Assembly (NCBI RefSeq): GCF_009914755.1
Contig: NC_060935.1
Strand: one strand, 5' to 3'
Source: the human T2T-CHM13v2.0 reference genome, Homo sapiens
DNA: 64,000 nucleotides
The notes under the pieces are model-generated. The model ran no database searches. It was not told the origin of the DNA and was given only the letters and a program-made list of their open reading frames with translations. How positions within the stretch are numbered: position 1 is the stretch's first letter; each line of letters starts with the position of its first letter. Shown here one piece after another: positions 59,286-64,000 of this stretch. Made by a program: the position numbers and the translations under genes.

Positions 59286-60154
59286 AAAAATAGACTCAAG
59301 CACTTTATGTATCATACAAAAGTTTCATTCGCTGGTGGCAGCCACGGGAAAGACTGGCCCCGTAGCACTGATTTTCCACCTCCCCTCCAGGGGACTGGGT
59401 CCCAGGAGCAGTGACTGGGCCTCAGAGAAAGCCCATAAAGACTGCTTACTCTGGAAGCAGCCGACTAGGGGCTGTTCCGCGAGCAGCTGTCCCCACCCCA
59501 CCCAATGGCAAAAGTTAGATACTCGAAAGTGCCTCTTCAGTGCCAAGATAAACTAACAAGTGGAGTGAAATGGAAAACCCTTTGATTATTTTACTATTTC
59601 CCAGGGCCTGGGATTTGAGTTTTCCCTGCACTCAAGTCCTTTTCCCTACAAATAGGGGTAGGAAACTTCATCCTCAGAGACTCTGGTCTCCTGGTGTCTG
59701 AGACCAGAATTTCACTCCAACCCAAGTCTTTTCTCATCTGCTGTTCTGTGGTCCATGATCTACTTGCCCTGTGACCCAAGGTTTGTCCTCTGTTCACTCA
59801 AAAAGAGGTGGAGCAAAAACGGATTCCTCCCACAATCCTCTCTGCCTGAGTCTATGCCCTGCCATCGCTTCCATGTTCAGGATCTTGGGAACAGAAAGAC
59901 CCACAACCATCCCTTTCCCCCAGTTCTGTCTCTCCCTGACTGCTGCCCACTCCTGAGCCTTAACACCCCTGGGGTACCCCCAGACCCCTGTTCTAAAGGG
60001 TGCCTGGTAGTGGATATGGTGGAGGCAGGGGAGGGGTTGGTTGGAGCCAGGTTTCCCCCAGGGGTGGGGCAGTACTCATGCTGGTATAGACTGCTTGGCA
60101 GGGCCGTGGGGAGGGAGGGGCATGCGGAGGAAGGGCACACCCTGCCTGAGCCCC

Positions 60155-60244
60155 TCAGTCCCAGCCGTTGTCCTTCACCATGTGTGACATTTCAATGATG
60201 TATTTCCCTTCCTTGTACTTCTGGCTCGTCTCAAAAGCTTGCTC
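60155..60244 (-). CDS. YPEL4: YPEL4 last coding exon ([29 protein letters not shown])
   Basis: Acceptor CACCAG|GAG; typical Yippee-family C-terminus. Confidence 0.96.
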   Translation of the reverse strand, partial: EQAFETSQKYKEGKYIIEMSHMVKDNGWD

Positions 60245-60470
60245 CTGGTGAAGGAGAAAGCAGTGATTGTAGGACAAAGCAGTTTCCTTCCAGGCCCCAC
60301 TGTCACCTGTATGGCCCCCACCCCAAGGGTCATCCACCTAGCCCAACCCAGTGACTAGTTCTTTCTTTCCTCTTTGGACCATGCAAGGAAGGACCTGACA
60401 TGGTCACTGGTGCTTGAAGGGCCATGGGGACTGCCACTTTAGAGGGTGACCCTCTTCCTCAGGTACTTAC

Positions 60471-60579
60471 ATATTTCCAGCCCAGTGTGGTTTTGCAGCT
60501 CTCACAGAAAATGTCAGCTACCGAGTGGAGCCCCGTGAGCAAGAGGCGCTGTTCAGCTGGCCCGCAACCCACGTTGACC
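60471..60579 (-). CDS. YPEL4: YPEL4 coding exon ([36 protein letters not shown])
   Basis: GACAG|GGTC...AAATAT|GTAAGT; 109 nt; carries the second CxxC of the Yippee zinc site. Confidence 0.96.
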
Positions 60580-60924
60580 CTGTCTCAGGAAACAGGAAGG
60601 ACCCAGCACCCAGTGGGGTTGCACTGTCAGTCCAGTCCCCAGAGAGCCCAAGGGAACTTCCATCTGGAGAGAACTGGACAGCCCCTGCCTTTGATAATCC
60701 ACCCCTTTAAGACTAGAGCCTGGGCCTTCTTTTTCCACCGTTATGATTTCAATTCTCCCCCGGCTCCCCATGTGAGAACTTCAGATTGAGACCCTCTTTG
60801 CAAAAGGGGAGGCAAAGACTGAAGGCACAAGATCACCTGATGGATTCCCCCCTTTCTCCACAGAGGAAAATTACTCACTCACACACAAGCACAAGCACAC
60901 GCACAAGGAAAGAGGTAGACTCAC

Positions 60925-60968
60925 ACGGAGTTAAACAGGTAGGCTCGGCCATGGCTCCCTTGGAAGGA
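60925..60968 (-). CDS. YPEL4: YPEL4 44-nt coding exon (SFQGSHGRAYLFNSV)
   Basis: CCACAG|TCC...TCCGT|GTGAGT; reading phase is consistent with the neighbouring exons. Confidence 0.96.
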
Positions 60969-61140
60969 CTGTGGAGACATAGGACAGACAATGACTACCA
61001 AGCAGCCTTCAGCCCCACTGCCTGAATCCCCGCAGGGGTGTGTAGGAGAGAGGAAGAGCTTTGCTGCCTCACCCCTGGGTGATGTTCGGGCTAGCCTGGT
61101 GCGCGAGAGGAGGGGAATGGCAGGTCCCCGCTTCGCGTAC

Positions 61141-61281
61141 CTTGGAAATAAGCTCATCGTGTTTGGCCAGGTGTGCACGGCAGTGGACACAGCTGTAAGT
61201 GCGGTGACAGCGGGGCAGATAGCTGCGGAAAGTCTTGGTGGGGAGGCAGGCAGGGCCCGGACCGGGGTCACAGCTGGGCAT
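61141..61281 (-). CDS. YPEL4: YPEL4 first coding segment ([47 protein letters not shown]); the exon extends 5' to 61465
   Basis: ATG at 61281, donor AAG|GTACGC, acceptor TTCCCAG|GTGAC at 61466/61465. The four segments total 127 aa of Yippee domain protein. Confidence 0.96.
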
Positions 61282-63858
61282 GACGGGCTGGAGGACAATG
61301 CCCTGGTGGGCTGGAGGGGCTGGCGCCGTGCAGCCCCCGCAGAGACGGTCGCAGGTGAAGCAGCGGAGCAGGTTGGCTAGAGCCGTGTTTCAGGGCAGGA
61401 GAAGTGTTGGGGGGCTGCCCGGCCAGGGCCCCCCCAGACGAGAACCAGATAGAAATAGAAGTCACCTGGGAAGAGGGGAAAGGACATCAGGGGAGCTGCG
61501 ACCTCAGGAGGACCCCTCCTGAGGGAATGGAGGAAAAGGGAATCAGCTCACCCATACCTCTACTTTCCCCATCACCATCGACCCCCCCACAGCATCCAGT
61601 TGCATTGTCGCCCTGTCCCCTGGATCCCCATTCTGCTCTGGCAAACCTGGCAGCCGATCCAGGCTTCTGGCGCCAAAGCCAGGGAGTCGGTGTTTCTCCC
61701 TCCTGGGGCAGAAGCAGCCTCCACCATTTTCCACAGAGAGAAGCCCACGGGCACAGACGCTGCCATGGGAGCAACGTCATCTGCAAGTGCCCTCTCCTTG
61801 GTTTTCAGTTCTTCGTGAGGCTCTGCATCGCACAGGCACTGTGTCTCAGGGGATCAGAGCCTTTTAAGAGTTGGGGATGCCTGAAGGTCTTTCTTTTACA
61901 TGGTCTTTGTTTGCAATACAATTGGTCCTTTATACATTTTGGGGAGGGGGGCAGGAGGTGTAAGGTGAGGGGAGGGAGAGCATGCAGGCAGGTATACAAA
62001 CCCTGATTCGGTTCTCTCCTGAGGTCAGGGTCCTGTGCTCTGGGACTCTTCACTAGAACTTTATAGATGTTTCCAACAGTACCAAAGCCCTCACGTGTGG
62101 CCGCCCATTCTCGCACCTTGGTTCACTCATTCTGGCCCAGAATAAGCACCTGCCTGTCTTCCCAGCCTGTGGGCCCCTTGGTCTTTCTCTCTCCTAGTCT
62201 TTACTAACTGTTGCCTTAGCCCTTGGTTAAAGACTTAGGCAGAAAATACATTTTCTTCAGGCAATCTGACAGCTGGAGCCAATGGGAAATGGGTAGCATG
62301 TCAGAGGAGCCTGATTCCTGGGCTGGGCAGGGCTGTGTGGTAGGGTGAGAGCAACGGCCACAACGAACAGCAGAAGGGGGACTCTTATTTTTAACAGCTG
62401 TGCTTTGGGGCACAAGGCAGAAAATGTTTCTTTCTACCTTCTCCCAGGGGCAGGGACAAACAGCAGTGACTCTGTGGGTGACTGAAGATGAAGTAATTGC
62501 TGGGTTCTGATTAGGAATAGAGGAAGATTGCCTTCTGCCCACGCGCCAGCCTCCGAGTGGCTGAAGGTGCTGGAGGCAGAGGATAAGAAGGGAGGTGGCC
62601 CCTGTTGGCTCCGATAAGCAGGTGAGCTGCTGCTTTCTCCTTCATAGGGCTTCCCAGCCCACTGTGGGTGGTTAGCCTAAGTCTGGTTCAGAGATGCCAG
62701 CTGGGCACTCTGGCAATGCTAGAGCACTAAGCAGAGAAGAGGCAGTGTTGGCTCTGGTTAGCCAGGGCATACAGGCTCTCCTCGTCCTGTCCTCCGCAGT
62801 GGCCACAGGCACCCAGCTGTTCCACTCTCTCTGAAGGCCGCCAGGCAGTCTCTCCGCAAAACCTCCATAGAGACTATCTTCAGTTTCAGGTCCTCTCCTC
62901 CGGGCTGGGTCCCAGGAAGACACCTTGGGCTGAGTTCAGGGTGACATTGGGCTCCGGCTGCAGGAAACGGGCCCTCCTTGCCAAGAGACCACCTTTCAGT
63001 CTCTGCTTCACAGGTTTGCCTTCAACTTTGCCAGCGAGTTCCCCTCTGACATGCACCACCTTGAAACACCTTCTTCAAGGGGCATGGAGAATGGGGCAGC
63101 TTGGGTCCCCAATCCTGAGCTCCTTCTCCAGCCTCCGGCCGTCACGCCTCCCTCCCTCTCCCCTAATTCCCAGTCAAGCCAAGGAAAGGCTGCACAGAAG
63201 GCCAGAGAATCACAAAGGGGAGTAGGGGTCATTTTTTCACCCATCTCGGATCACAGGGAGAAGCAAGTTGGGCAAATGACTGGAGAAAAAACAAAGGCAA
63301 GCCGAGTGCTGGGGAGAGATGTTCCCCTGAAGTGAGACGGGGCTGGACCGTAGGAGAAAGGGGAGAGGGAGGGCTGGCGGGGGCAACTGACAGCTGACAG
63401 CAGAGGCGCCGAGGCGGAGGCTGGAGGAACCAGGTGCGAATCTCGTGCTTCTCAGGGGGGAAAAGAAAAGGGGGGGGACACCTGCTCACAATGGATTTTC
63501 TCATCTGCTCTGAGGTTTTGGCACCCCCCAGGCTGGTATTCTCAGTATGGTATGGTCCAAATAATTAGCAGCACCGCCAGCTCCCAGGGCAGGCTTTGGG
63601 GGTCTGCACCAGCAGCAAAACAATAAACAGTGATGCCTGATGCTGCAGCCAAAGTTGCCGGGAAATAAGTGCGGGAATCGTCAGAGCTTGGAGAGGGATG
63701 GAGGAACCGAGAGAGAGGAGCGGAGGCAGCGGGGAGGGGGAAGGGAGGACAAAGGGTGGATGAATAATGCTTTTGCAAAGGGGAGAAAGCAACACGCAGC
63801 AGGAGGAGGAAATTTGCAAAGAGAAAAAAATTCATTTGGAGAAGGGCTGCCCCCTCAC

Positions 63859-64000
63859 CTTGAGGTCTGCTCCAGAGATCTCCGTCTATCTCTCTCTCTC
63901 TCTCTCAATCTCTCAATCTCTCTGCTCACTCTTCTCTCTTCTCTTTCCGCTCCTTCAATTGGGAAGGGGATGGGGGTGGGTGGGGGGAGGGTAGTTGGGG
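63859..64000 (-). other. YPEL4: Probable YPEL4 non-coding exon 1 (3' part; continues beyond the window)
   Basis: Strong donor CAAG|GTGAGG at 63859/63858 within a GC-rich, promoter-proximal-looking region. Confidence 0.6.

Noticed and set aside
59286-60154. miR-130a seed site in the neighbouring YPEL4 3'UTR
   Set aside because: No TTGCACT match was seen on the mRNA strand by eye.
63566-63585. REST/RE1-like CAGCACCGCCAGCTCC in YPEL4 intron 1
   Set aside because: The right half lacks the GGACAG core and the spacing is wrong.

Overview
Alu-dense human (primate) genomic DNA, recognisable as the 11q12 SERPING1-MIR130A-YPEL4 interval. It holds the complete 8-exon SERPING1 (C1 inhibitor) gene on + (about 11859-29025; spliced CDS 1503 nt, 500 aa), a repeat-rich intergenic gap, a CpG-island promoter with the pre-miR-130a hairpin (55382-55470, +), a strong CTCF motif, and most of YPEL4 on - (127-aa CDS; exon 1 runs off the window end). 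Most entries in the ORF track are Alu, LTR or GC-rich artefacts. The most notable non-obvious signals are: an ACG codon in optimal Kozak context that would add a 35-aa Cys-rich N-terminal extension to YPEL4; a decayed C2H2 zinc-finger gene fossil just upstream of SERPING1, split by an LTR and Alus; a perfect 55-bp non-Alu direct repeat plus Alu on both sides of SERPING1 exon 4; a latent pseudoexon in intron 6; and several fold-back templated insertions. I see no evidence of an entirely new biological system. Repeat family names and boundaries were judged by eye and are approximate.
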